Positions 25,906-39,303 are shown, counted from the first letter of the stretch. The stretch: 64,000 nucleotides of DNA from Octopus vulgaris (GCA_951406725.2 OX597836.1:20398001-20462000); one strand, 5' to 3'. Notes: generated by a model from the letters alone, not told the origin. Numbers and translations are program-made.

Positions 25906-27096
25906 TGATATATAATATATATATAATTCATTTGTTAAATTGTATACATGACTATGAACTAAATGGAGTGAAAGCCATGCAGGAGTGGTAAAGGGAATGG
26001 TAGTGGTGGTGGTGGTGATGATGTGATGATGGTAGTGGTAATGATGATGATGATCATGGAAATTGGAATGCAGAGGTTATGAATCACAGTGGACAACATG
26101 CTGTCCTCTTTGACAAGTTTCTTAATGCTTGATACCCTACTCTTTAGCAATCTAGTATCATAATTTGTATGATGATGTACTCACAGAAAACAATGTAAAA
26201 CCCACTATTATCTATTTGTGTATGTATGTACACATACATGTTCATGGCTACATGGCTAAGAGGTTAAAAAATTTACATCTCACGTACTCTGCATAACACC
26301 TTGGGCAAGTGTTTTCACCCACAGCCTGTGTCCAACACAAGCATTGTGACTGAAACTGGCTAGATGGAAAATGTGTAGATTGCACTATCAGATGGATGGC
26401 ACCAAAGTCTCTATGACACGTTGTGCCTTGTTGCACAGATTTTGTCCGGGGTTTATGTTAAGGCTACAAGTATCTGTGAAATAGTTGCCCATTGGACACT
26501 GTAATGCAAGAAGTAGGCAGCTCAACTGTTCAGAATATACAACGGGACATAGCTGAACCTTTTAAATTTCTGGTACAATACATTTGATGTGTTGAGTTTC
26601 TGTACAGTTTCCATCTACCTAAATTCATATTACATAATGTAGTCCTAGATACAAAAACCAGGAGATAGATGGGATGGTCATGGCTGGAACATCACCTTTG
26701 ATTACAGGCCTCACCTGACACTAAACAACTACAATCCTCCACTTGCTTGCCTGATCTGCTAGACATAGCAGCTAAATCTTTCTTATACAAAGCTATTATT
26801 TTATAAAAGAATGCATAATGGATAATGTAGTCAGAGATGAAGAAGGTCACAATATTCCTGAAAGAGAAAAAGAGAGACAAAATGCGTTGGTCATAGCTTG
26901 AAGCCTTTCAATCAAGGCTGCTCAATCAGGATTGACCTGGGGCAAAATATAAAGAACAATTTGCATGCATGTCTTAGTGAGGTTAGTTTTTTTTTTTTTT
27001 GCAGTGCAGTAGTGCATTTGAAGCAGTGAGCTGCACAGTTTAGCTGTAACAATAAAAGTTAAAGAGTGATAATCTGCAGTTGTGCTCATTGCTTAC

Positions 27097-27126
27097 CTGG
27101 GACTCTCAGTCTACTTCTACTACGAC
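27097..27126 (-). CDS. MPDZ: Candidate 30-nt cassette microexon of the MPDZ-like gene (adds RSRSRLRVPG)
   Basis: tag acceptor, strong CAG|gtaagc donor, phase 1/1 matching both flanking exons, no stop codon; UGC just upstream, UGCAUG and ACUAAC downstream. Confidence 0.65.
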
Positions 27127-30100
27127 CTAATTAGGATGGCAACAACATAAACAGAATAAATGAATTAATTATAAATAAAGAAGTTTTTTGGTTTTTTTTG
27201 CAAACTTCCCTAATTTTCATCTTTAATATGTACCAGCAGATTCAATGAGAATATGCTAGTTGCACTTGTATTTCCACAGTGGAGAACAACTCCTTTAACC
27301 CTTTCGTTACCAACCCGGCTGAAACCTGCTCTGGCTCTGAGTCCAAATGTCTTGTTTTGAATTAAAATCTTCCACCAAACCTTAGTCACAATTTATGTTC
27401 CTAACACTAGCTGAATGATAACCAAGTTATTTTACGAAATTCTCTATTATATTTAAAGTAATTGAAAGAAACACAGAGCACCTCAAAATAAATACGGTAA
27501 TGAAAGGGTTAAAACACCAGTGTTTTGACCTTTTGTATGTCTCAGTAAATGACACCCTAGAACCAATGACTCAAACAAAGAGTTTTGGGCTCTTCATGTT
27601 AGGATTCAGCAAACAAGTTATTTCCCAATGTCAGCCAAGTGATAATAAATTGTTATATTCATGGTAAGTAGAGAGAATCTAAACTACAAAGGTATTTTAC
27701 AATGAAACTAGAAACCTAAAAATCAAAATCTGTGATTTTTGATACTCAGGGATTGTTATTGCTATATGTAAACAAACGACAACAATAATATACCTTCAAT
27801 AACAACAAAAATAATTATCTTAAAATATCTTTAGTAGTAGTAGTAGTAGTAAACCTTTCAACTATAGGTAGAAGGCCTGAAATTTTAGGGGAAGTGGCTC
27901 GCTGACTACATCAACTCTAGTGCTCAACTGGTACTTGATTCAAGTACAAAGCTAGTAATTTTGAGGTGAAGCAGTTGGTCAATACCACTGGGCCCAGAGC
28001 TTGATCTGTACTCTATTTTGTATAACCTCAGAGGGATGAAAGGCAAAGTTGATCCAGGTGGGATTTTAACTCAAAACATAAAGAACCAGAAGAAATACTG
28101 CTAAGCATTTTTTCCAACATTCTGCCACTCATTGCCTTAACAACAGAATTTATAATTAATATAAGTAATAATAACGATCTCAAATTTTGGTAGAAGGCCA
28201 GTAGTTGATCCAGGGAAATGGGTTTAGTTGATTATATTGAACCCAGTATTTGATAAGTTCTTGTTTTATCAATTCTGAAAGGATAAAAGGCTAAGTTGAC
28301 TTCAGTGGAATTTGAACTTGGAATGTAGAGAACTGAAAGAAATACTGCTTAGTATTTTTGCCTGATGCACTAATGCTAGCAGTAATAACAACAACAACAA
28401 CAATTCTTATTTTGTTGTTATTATTAAGGTGGCAAACTGGCAGCGTCGTAACTGATCTAAACAAATGCCTAGTGGCATTTCTACCAGTGTTGTGTATTGA
28501 GCTCAAATTTGCCTTTCATCCTTTTGGGGTTGTTAAAATAAATACCAGTTAAGAGCACTGGGGCATCAATGTACTTGATAAGCCTCTCCCCACAAAATTT
28601 CAGGCCTTGCACTTGTTGTAGAAAGAATCATTATTATTGGTTTTGTTGCAGATTGTCAGATTACCCTTTTTGATTAAATGATCAGCTATTAAGAACACAG
28701 ATACAGAATCTTTAATAATGGAATTAAAAAATAAAACTCAACTTTTTCCTTTGTAATTAGACATATTGACATTTTTCAATTTTTAGATTCAATGAAGAAT
28801 GAAAAATTATTGAAAACATAATTGTATAACTACAAAATTAAAATAACATAAATTAAATTAAATGATTTTTCCTTCTTTTATTAAAAAAGAACTGAATATT
28901 AAATTGCACAATCAGAGTAATAATAACAACTGTTTCAAATTTTGGCACAAGGCCAGCAATTTTAAGGAGCGTGGGCAAGTGAATTACACTGAATCCCAGT
29001 GCTCAACTGGTACTTATTTTATCAGCTTCAAAAGGATGTAATGCAAAACTGATCTTAGTGGAATTTGAACACTTAACCTAAAGAGCCAGAAGATATGTCA
29101 CTAAGCATTTTGACCAACGTGCTAACAAGTCTATCAGTTCACTATCTTAATAATAATTATAAGGGTGGCAGGGGATTTTCTGTTTGAAAAGGATTGTAAA
29201 ACTGCTTCCATCTAAAGCTACTTGCTACAAATTGTGTGTGTTTCATGCAAACAAAATCAAAAAGACAGAAGGTACAAGGGAGGGGAATTTACAGAAGAGG
29301 AATTAAGGTAAGAGGGAGAAAGAAGTTAGAATATGAAGTGTGGTGGAGAGGGAAACAAAGTGATTGGAGTGACATTGTAGAAGAGCAGGGAGAAGTAGGG
29401 GAGACTAGTGTTGTAACTAGTAGTGGGAAGAGAGAGGGAGATAGGGAAGAGTAATTGTAGAAAGTGGTGAGAGAGAAATGGCAGAAGATAATGGGAGAGA
29501 GATACAGACAGAGATCACATTTGATGCTACAAGAGAGAGGATATGATGTGATGAGTAGTTGTAGAAATAATTGACAGTAAGAGAGCATGATTGTTACTTA
29601 TGCAACAACAATTGATGAGAGAGAGATAGAGAGAGACAGACAGAGATAGACAGAGAGAGAATGGCTAGTAGTTCAGATGGCAATAGTAAGAATGATGCCA
29701 TCAAAACAAATGGTCTCAGCAAGAGGGAGTGATTGGCTGGCATTACAGAAGGGTGAGTGGAGAATAATAATAGAATCAATGCTATTCCTTGTTATTCAGG
29801 TATTGTGGAGAAGGTAGTGAGATAGTGTAAAGATAGGTCCAAATGTTTTCCTTCATTTCAAGGGTGGCATTAAAAATAGTAAATGGGTTTAGGGGTGATG
29901 GGTAGCAGAAGACTAACTGGTGATAGGTGTCTGTGTGTGTATATATGTGTGTGTGAGATGAGGCTAAAGATAGCTCCAAATTTGAATACAGATGATAAGA
30001 GTAGAAATTCTTACACTCAAAATACCTTACATTAATTACTATTTAAGTTCATACACCAAACTTTATGTATACTTCTGGAAATGGACTTATAAATCAAAGC

Positions 30101-31147
30101 AAGATAGAAGTAGGAAGAGTTAGTAAGCCTTGACAAAATCCAGAAAAGTTGTATTAACATCAATAATGAATTAATGTAGAAATGTTTATGATAATCAAAA
30201 ACATGCTTTTATCCAGATTAATTATTATCCAATTTTAAAAGGCTTTTGATTCTATTAAATACAACTTCAGTATCACAGATAAGGACATACTAATAATAAT
30301 AAATACTACAAAATAAATTAGTTTCTGTAATAACAATAATGTAAATAAAAAACAACAACAACAGCACAATATTGAACTTTTCGGCATAAACATTGGAGTC
30401 AGAGACTCAGCAGAAATCTCAAATTGGTTTATGTACTTTAAAACTTGATACACGATAAATCCCAATCTACCAGTGGTGGCATTTTTAGAGAAAACAATCA
30501 GTTTTCCATTGTTATATTTTGGGATGGTCATTTTTATTTTTTTGCCAAATAAATACGTGTGGTATATATTTGCTCCTCATTTTAGCGCTTTATTATTGTT
30601 CTTATTTTAGTATCCTTTGTCTGAAATCTTTCATCACACATCTTGTAACCTCTTCAGCAACTCTCCATCCTTTCCAGAAATACGAATGAACAACTTTAGA
30701 CCAAATGATTCAATACAATATATAAATCTCAATTCCAACAACTTGACATATGTTCTCATAAATATACCTACAAATTTAGGTAAGAAAATATAAGCTATAT
30801 TTAATGATGAAACCTCATTTCAATAGAATAGCCCTATGTGTATAATAACAAACTAGCATCTAACTGCTTCAAATAAACCATTTAGTTATCAGAGACAAAA
30901 ACAGCTGAGTAAGGCTCATGTGGTATTTAAACAATGTTACAATCCAGATTGAAAATATAATCCTTGTTATTGTAAAACTACACTTTCCCCCAAGACATAC
31001 ATACAGGACATTTTCTGCACAAACTTCCTCAAAACAAGCTATTCAACACTGACTTCACTAAAATGCTATCACTCAGTAATAATTCTAATTATCAGAACAC
31101 AAGCAATATTAGTTCCCTGAAAATAGAACAATAATTCACAGAATGAG

Positions 31148-31300
31148 AGATCAATAAAACAAAATAGCCTAGTAAAATTTAGTTATCTATGCAGCTACTG
31201 TCACATCTAACATAAACCAGAATGGAATAAATTACATTAGAATGAGAGCAAATCAATTTAAGACAAGATATAATCTGCATAAATATATATTTAGAACACA
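31148..31300. repeat. About 150-bp direct repeat; second copy at 35773-35925
   Basis: agatcaataaaa...cagctactgtcacatctaacat...ggaataaattac...agcaaatcaatttaaga...tagaacac in both copies. Confidence 0.85.
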
Positions 31301-32697
31301 GTATTTTGAAAATTAATGTCATAACCAACACAATTAAAAGCATCTTTCAGACAAAGCAAAACCATATACAAAGTCCAATTCTTTCAGCAGCATGTATGCA
31401 AATTTGGAAAGCAAACATTGAAACAAATAGAGTTAATGTTTTTTGCCATCAAAACAAACATACTTTCTAAGGTTTTACGATGGTATCCCACTAATGGTAC
31501 TTTGAACTAGCAACGATACATAACACACTTTTAAAAGACATTTTAGTGTTTTTCAGCATCTTATAGATCAAATAAGAAATAGGTTCAATTACTTTCCTAT
31601 ATTAGTTTGTTTACTCAAAGTTGCTTCTAAATTAATTACTAATAGACCACTTAAACACACGCGCACAACATCCCATTATGTATCAGGCAATGAGAAACAG
31701 CATTTAAAAAATGTGAAACAATGATTGAATTATAACAGTGTTTTAATAATAAATTATATAGTTGGAATATGTAATGGTGAAAGTGTAAAATTTATCCTAC
31801 TTTACATGATAAACCATGTGTTAATAAAACCTTGTAGTGTAATGTGAATGCATCATATTCAGCCCTTAACATACATACACACAGGTATATACACACATAG
31901 ACAGTGATGGAAAGAAAAATTATACAGGTGGCAGTACTCCCTTACTTTTCAGCTCACAGAGGAGGGGTTTACAACACTTAACCTTCATTTCCTCCCAACT
32001 TCTGCCTTACAAACATTTGTGAACCTCTATTTCCTATATGACACACACACAGTGAGGTATCTACAGTCAGTAGGGTCTATGTTCCTAATGTGCAGAGCTG
32101 AAGGAAATCTAACAAACATCTTACCTTGCTTAATCCTGTCACCAGCTTTTTTTTGGGGGTGTTTTAGTTAAGAAAAAATATATTAATGTTATTTTTTTTA
32201 CAGCTTCTACATTGTTAAATATATATAGTAAATATACTATCTCCGTATTTGAAATACTTTTTGCATTGTTTTTAGCCTGATTTCCTTGTACTGTATACAT
32301 AGGCTATATATATATAAACTAAAATCTGACAAAACCATACCAATGGAAGAATCTCTACATGTTTGCTCAATCTACTGACAATAACAATCAAATCCCACTC
32401 AAATTCCATTGCAACATATTTACAAAAGGAAGGAATCAAAGGATAACATAGAGCTAGATAGACTGTGACGTGATAAAACAATGGGATGGTCATGGTTGGA
32501 TACTTGAAATATCTCCTGAACTATGTTCATTTATAACTTTTAGGTCATGCAAAAAACTGGGTTTTGCTTTTCCTCTTCTGACTAATCCCCTGCTCCTCTA
32601 AGCAAAATTATTTAAAATGTTGTATTTTGAGAACAGAATAAGATGTTATGAAATAGTCTGCCTCATGCACACAGGCTGATGAGGCCAGAGTTTATTT

Positions 32698-32932
32698 GGA
32701 TAATGGCCTAGTGGTTAGGGCAGCGGACTTGCGGTCGGAGGATCGCGGTTTCGATTCCCAGACCGGGCGTTGTGTGTGTTTATTGAGCGAAAAAACACCT
32801 AAAAGCTCCACGAGGCTCCGGCAGGAGGTGGTGATCCCTGCTGTACTCTTTCACCACTCTAAAGGCGGTGCTCCAGCATGGCCGCAGTCAAATGACTGAA
32901 ACAAGTACAAAAAAAAAAAAAAAAAAAAAAAA
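32698..32932 (+). mobile_element. Young tRNA-derived SINE with poly(A) tail
   Basis: A-box tggcctagtgg, B-box ggtttcgattcc, CpG-rich; same 3' tail as the 18010 family, then about 24 A. Confidence 0.85.
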
Positions 32933-32976
32933 TACAAGACATATCAATTAAACACACACACACATATACATATATA

Positions 32977-34194
32977 CCGTAAAAACCCATGTAATTTACG
33001 CACTTGTTTTTGCAAAAATAAAAATAAACTTTGGTGGGTGTGTAAATTACATAAGTAGATCATTTCCAGAATTTTTTGAAATTTTTTCGGTGAAAAAAGA
33101 CGTACAAAATGTAAACATTCATACCAGAAGTTGACTCATTTAATGCCAGGAAAGGTTTTTACAGAAAAAATAATGGCTTAAATATGAAGTTGCTGGATGG
33201 TATAATGCTTCCTTTTTCTGTATAAATTTACTAAAACCATTAAATGGTTAACTACTTTTTGAAGTCTGACATTCATGCTGGTAAATACGGTCCAGGCCAT
33301 ATTTTACATCGCTTGGAGTTTTCTACCTATCGCAATGGAGCACCATTGACAAACATAATGATATGGATATCCCTGACTGAAAAAAATGTAATGATATGCA
33401 GAATCTTAATTGAATGTTTTTATTTTTGTGTGTTTATTACTGGGCACAGTTTTAAGTTTGTTGTACTGTTTGCACCAATTTGAAACATTAAAATGCCTTT
33501 TGGCAGCTCTATTGCCATGTTCAAATGCATATTCAACATATCTCCTTTGCAGTAAACAATTCATAAGTTCTGCCCATACTGACAATAACGGTAATAACAA
33601 ATTTTTAAGTTTGCTTCACATTTTATAAGTGTGAAAGGGAATAAAGTTTCAATATCAAAGGTTCTGACAAGAACAGGCAGAAAAGAATTTTGTTTACATA
33701 ATCAGTTTGATCAGTCACTTTCCACTATCGGTTGAGTAAAGTGTCAGCCAAGCTGATGTTTATTAGTAATTAAAACTTAATTTGCAACACCTGTGCATAT
33801 TTATCAGTTTTGTTTATGTTGATAATACTTATCAACAACTTTTCCTGTTATCATGATTTAAGAAGACATACAGCCGTATGCTAAAGATTAGACATAATCT
33901 CTTGTGGGCAAGAAATGTAAAATAAAGTTTATTATAAACAACACAAACACTTTGTAATTTAATAGCTTTCAATGTGATACCTGTTAAACAGAAATTACTT
34001 CTATCTTATGAAAATTTGATAAAATCTCATCATAAGTAAGTGAAATTGTGCTAAATACAACTAAATTGAAAACCTTTTTCCCCTGGCTATATCGGGTGCA
34101 AATTTTACATGAGTAGAAACTTTTTTTAACAAATTTTATCCTGAAAATCACCTGCATAAATTACACAGGTGCACAATTTACACGGGTTTTTATG

Positions 34195-34195
<1 letters not shown>
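32977..34195 (-). mobile_element. Decayed pogo-superfamily (POGK/Passer-like) DNA transposon
   Basis: TIRs ccgtaaaaacccatgtaatttacgcac / gtgcacaatttacacgggtttttatgg with TA on the left. The internal minus-strand peptide YVEYAFEHGNRAAKRHFNVS resembles the Brinker-type DNA-binding domain of POGK-like transposases. Confidence 0.75.
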
Positions 34196-34241
<46 letters not shown>

Positions 34242-34246
<5 letters not shown>

Positions 34247-34253
34247 CTCTCTA

Positions 34254-34289
<36 letters not shown>

Positions 34290-34301
34290 TAGAGAGAATT
34301 A
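34242..34301. repeat. Perfect palindrome with an (AT)n core
   Basis: taattctctctactga-(ta)n-tcagtagagagaatta. Confidence 0.9.
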
Positions 34302-34381
34302 AAACACAAAGTATTATATCAGCAACTGTCTTACGGGTAGTGGGGGAAGATAAAAGTGTGGAAGAAAATTTGACTACATAC

Positions 34382-34496
34382 CATGGGTTACAGTAAGGAT
34401 GACAGGGGCAGAGGTGTCCTTCAGCATATTAACCACTTCTGTATGGGTCAAACCCTTAGTTGACATTTCATTGACAGCCAATATCTGGTCACCAAT
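34382..34496 (-). CDS. MPDZ: MPDZ-like exon, second half of the PDZ12-equivalent
   Basis: ctttttctttctag acceptor, G|gtatgt donor; 115 nt, phase 0/1; IGDQILAVNEMSTKGLTHTEVVNMLKDTSAPVILTVTH. Not in the ORF track. Confidence 0.93.
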
Positions 34497-35251
34497 CTAG
34501 AAAGAAAAAGTAATATATATATATATAAGTTTCGCTATGTGGTCAAGAAGGCTTTGTGTTCAATCCCACTGTAAGTGTCTTCTGTTGTAGCCCCAGGCCA
34601 ACCAAAGCCTTATGAGGGAATTTGTTAGAGGAAAACTACAATAAGTCCATCATATATATATATAGGTACGTATGTTTATGTCTTTCTCTTGACATCACAG
34701 GGTAGTTGTAAATGAGTGTCACTGTCATACAAGCAGTGCTGTTCAGTTCCAATATTCTGCAAGAAGATGTCTGGCCATGGGGAAATATTACCATGCTTGG
34801 TTAATAATAGAAAGGGCATTTAGCTACAGAAAAACTGCCTTGTTAACCTCTGTCTGACCCACGTAAGAATGAAAAAGTGAGCATTACATTCAATGATGAT
34901 GATGATTATATATATATGCACTCAGGCACAAGATAAAGCTTGAATTAAAAGCACAAAGAAGTATGTGTGTGTGTGTGTACACACACACACAAAACACAAC
35001 ATGAGATTGTTTATAAAACATTTAGTTACATTCTTATGTATCTTTCATTAACAAAGTGTAATTATTTATTTAATGAAATAAATTATATAACCAAACTACA
35101 TTGTCAAATCATCAGAGATGTGTAATGTTCATATGCAATATTACTGAATTAGTGACATTGTAAGCAACCCTCTGATTCTATTTAATAGGTTTTTGTGTTT
35201 TTAAATAACTGATGTGAATGCTTTAATATGGAATTTTTAATGAAATCTTAC

Positions 35252-35421
35252 CTTCAATTTTTCTGTAAGTGCTGCAGGGCCATTAGCATATAGATTGGTT
35301 ATAACAACTGGTGTGTCCCCTAGTGTACTGCCAACTCCGCCTGCAATACTCAAGCCTAATGAGCCATTGCTGTCATGAGCCACTTCTACTATACGTACAT
35401 GGGAAATGTCTTCACTGGTAA
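35252..35421 (-). CDS. MPDZ: MPDZ-like exon, first half of the PDZ12-equivalent
   Basis: ttgtag acceptor (phase 1, matches the previous exon), AAG|gtaaga donor; VTSEDISHVRIVEVAHDSNGSLGLSIAGGVGSTLGDTPVVITNLYANGPAALTEKLK. Confidence 0.93.
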
Positions 35422-36692
35422 CTACAACCCGAAGCAAGAGACTATATCAAATTTATGTACATGCATTTTAGACAGATCAACATTTCATTTCAAAAATAAT
35501 ATCTGAAGGTCATGTTTTAAGGTTTTAAAGTTAACAGTAGTCATGATTTAACATTTAAGGTGAGAAAGTTAAAGACACTTTATGTAAAGACAAGATTACA
35601 ATTAAAAGAATGTATAATTTCAAAATATTTAAGATTGTAAATTATGTTGGATAGATGACACAGCAAGGTGATAGACATTAAATTTTCCAACTTCTGTGTA
35701 GTTGTTTTCCCCAAGGTTCTGAGTTCAAACCTTATCATAATTGAATTTGTCATTAATCTTTAATTCCTCCAAAGATCAATAAAATGAAAAGAACCTAGAA
35801 AAATTAGTTGTCTTTACAGCTACTGTCACATCTAACATTAACCTGAACGGAATAAATTACTTTAGTATGACAGCAAATCAATTTAAGATGAGATATAATC
35901 AGCATAAATATATATATTAGAACACCCTCGAAGAAGATTGATCGTAAGTTTAGCAATGTATATATATATGGACTTTGAATAACATAACCTACACTATCAA
36001 TGACCCCTTTCTATATATTGTTATATAATTTAATTGCATAAATTCCTCCCATTAAAAACAAACAAATAAAACAAATAGAGCTACTTGCTTTGTCAAAGGA
36101 TATTGATATGAACAAGTATAATTAAATCATAATATTTAAAATGGCTCCTGTTTAGTCACCGGTATTCCCCTTTGGTGTCAAAAGACTAATTAAGGCTCTG
36201 CAGATGAGAAGATAAAGTTACTGCTTATAAGATACAAAAACAATGAAGGTGTTAAAATTTTAATAAAGAAACCTGAATCCCAATAACTATAGTAAAATGT
36301 ATTCTTGAAGGGAAAAGACGTTTTGCTTCTCTAGCATGAAATGGATAAGTTGATAAATCAGGCTGAACAGCTTCTCAGGGTTAAAATGATGTGTGTATGT
36401 ATGTACGTACATACATACATACATACGCACACACATACTCCTTTGCAATTTACTTTTATGTGAACATACAATCCTTCTTCCCACCTGTGTGTGTGTATGT
36501 GTGTGTGCGCGCACACATACACTGTTGAAATTAGCTAATCTATCTTGGCTGTTTCACAAAGACCTAACTTCTAGTGGTGGTGTATCAAAAGAAAAATAAT
36601 AATTAGCATTAATGAATGGAAAATTGCTGCCAAAACTATTTCAGGAATGGGCAGCAGACAATTACCTCATATTAAAGAAGGACTGAGTGATA

Positions 36693-36732
<40 letters not shown>

Positions 36733-38414
36733 ACAAGTTCATCCTAATGAGTTCATATATTACTTTGTGGAGATTAATAATTCAAGAGATATAGATAGAA
36801 GCACAATTGGTGAGACAAGATATTATAACCCTTTAGCATTTAAACTGACCATATCCAGCCCAAATATTCTGCCTGTTTTATGTTCAAACTAGCCAGATCT
36901 GGCCTTTCACACATACCCTACAATGCCATTTTAAAAGTAAACTATCACATAATTGAAATCTTGAAGTTATAAGATAATGCATGGTTCATTCATGTGAATG
37001 AAGAAGCATTATAATTGACAGAGTAATGTGAATGCTAAAGGCATAAGCATCAGCTTGTAGAGGTTATTTGCAATTGTTAACATCGATAAGGTTGTGAAAG
37101 AACAGAGCTTGGCAAGAATGATGGCATGTTCCACAGCTAATCCTTTGAACCGCAGATTTGCTTGCCAGTTGCTTGACTGTAACCAGTTCAACACAGTTGA
37201 CAATATGTGCATCTCAGGTCCTAAACAGAAGTAGTTGGGGAGCATCATAGATGTCTGATGAGAGCAATTCTTTGGGGTTTGAATATTTCACCTTTGGAAA
37301 TGTGGGTGTTTCATTCATCATCCTTAAACAACCCATTTTCAGGGACTTTTTGAGTGAGATGGGCTCTCGACCTGAAGAAAATTTTAACTGGGCCCTACTT
37401 ATCTTAATATGAGGTCACTACAACATGTACATATGGTGTAATATATATGCTTAGTGTACCTTTATCAGGTGGGTATCTTGGGCTTTGTATATTTATAACC
37501 CAATGTCATTTTGATGGCATACGCTGTTCTCTCTTTTATTTGTTTCAGTTATTTGACTGTGGCCATGCTGGAGCACCGCTTTTAGTTGAGCAAATTGACC
37601 CCGGGACTTATTTTTTGTAAGCCTAGTACTTATTCTATCAGTCTCTTTTGCCGAACTGCTAAGTTATGGGGATGTAAACACACCAGCATTGGTTGTCAAG
37701 CGATGTTAGTAGGGACAAACATAGACACACAAACACACACACACATGTATATACATATATATGATGGGCTTCTTTCAGTTTCTGTCTACCAAATCCACTC
37801 ACAAGGCTTTGGTTGGCCCGAGGCTATAATAGAAGACACTTGCTCAAGATGCCATGCAGTGGGACTGAACCCAGAACCATGTGGTTGGTAAGTGAGCTAC
37901 TTACCACACAGCCACTCCTAATTTAATAATCATACTAATAATTGTTTCAAATTTTGGCACAAGGCCTGCAATTTTAGGGGGAGAAGTTTAGTTGATTAAA
38001 TTGACCCAAGCACTTGACTTTTATTTTATTAACCCAGAAAAGATGAAAGATAAAGTTGATTTCTACATGATTTGAACTTAGAATGTGCTAACGATTCTGC
38101 TAGGGTGTAGCCTTCCTAACAATTATAAGTCTTGTTGAATTTAATAATTAACAATAATATTAATAATGATAATACTAATTCCTTCTACTGTAGATACAAG
38201 GCCTGAAATGTTGAGGGGATGCAGGGAGTCAATTACACTGACCCCAGTATTCAATTGGTACTTATTTCATTGATCCCAAAAGGATGAAAGACAAAGACTC
38301 TATAGGATTTGAACTCAGAACATAAAGATTCAGAAGAAGTGCTGCTAAGTATTTTGTCCAAGAGGCTAACAATTCCGCCAGCCTGCTGCCTTAAGTAGTT
38401 GAATAAAAGCCCTA

Positions 38415-38628
38415 AAAGTCCCCATTTTGTAGTTGTGGAACATTTTGTATTAATGTAAGAAGTCCTATTTTGCTGATCACACCTGCCATTGTAAAAAAAG
38501 AACAAAGTCCCACAAAATATTTAAAAGAAATATTAATTACAAATTTTCAAATTTTGACACAAGGCTAGCAATTTTGGGTCTTAATCGGTGCTTATTTTAT
38601 TGACCCCGAAAGGATGAAAGCCAAAGTT
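38415..38628. repeat. About 210-bp local duplication; second copy at 39770-39975
   Basis: tgtggaacattttgtattaatgtaagaagtcctattttgctgatc...gaccccgaaaggatgaaag shared, including the same internally deleted SINE tail. Confidence 0.9.
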
Positions 38629-39272
38629 GTCTTTGAATAAAAGTAATAGTTTCTTACAAGTTTAATGGAAATTAACAATAATATTAGTAATTACAATAAT
38701 GGCAACAGAAGTTTAATAACTGCAAATCATGATACAAAGCAAGGTTAATTTTGCAATTCTTTGAGTTGAAGTCAAATCAAATGTGATTCTGAAAATTAAG
38801 TGTAAGAAAATTGCAAAACATAGAAACTGAAAAAAAGGTGAGCAATTCTTGATAATCATGCACTACATATATACATATATGTGTGTATGTGTGTGTGTGT
38901 GAGTACATATGTTTATATATAATATTATATAAATATAATATGTATATAAAACCAACACAAATATACACAACCACATCCATCCATCCATACATATATATAT
39001 ACACATACATATATATATACATACATACATACATACATGTATACACATGCTGAAAATCAATGTTTTCATGCAGACAACGCATGGCATGTCCATAGGTAAT
39101 TACTGTTACTGACAAGAACTAATGAAAATCATCAACTAACAACAACATGCAACCCAATATGTACATACCAAATTTATTATCATGCAACAGCCATACACAC
39201 ACACACACACACAGTGTGTGTGTGTATATATATGTATGTATATGTATGTTTATATATATGTATGTATATGTT

Positions 39273-39303
<31 letters not shown>

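Noticed and set aside
32648-32712. CTGATGAggcc with nearby GAAA/GTC
   Set aside because: Stems I-III cannot be formed with correct register; likely chance.
32698-32770. tRNA-like sequence
   Set aside because: It has A and B boxes but no convincing acceptor stem or terminator and runs into a SINE body and poly(A); a SINE head, not a tRNA gene.
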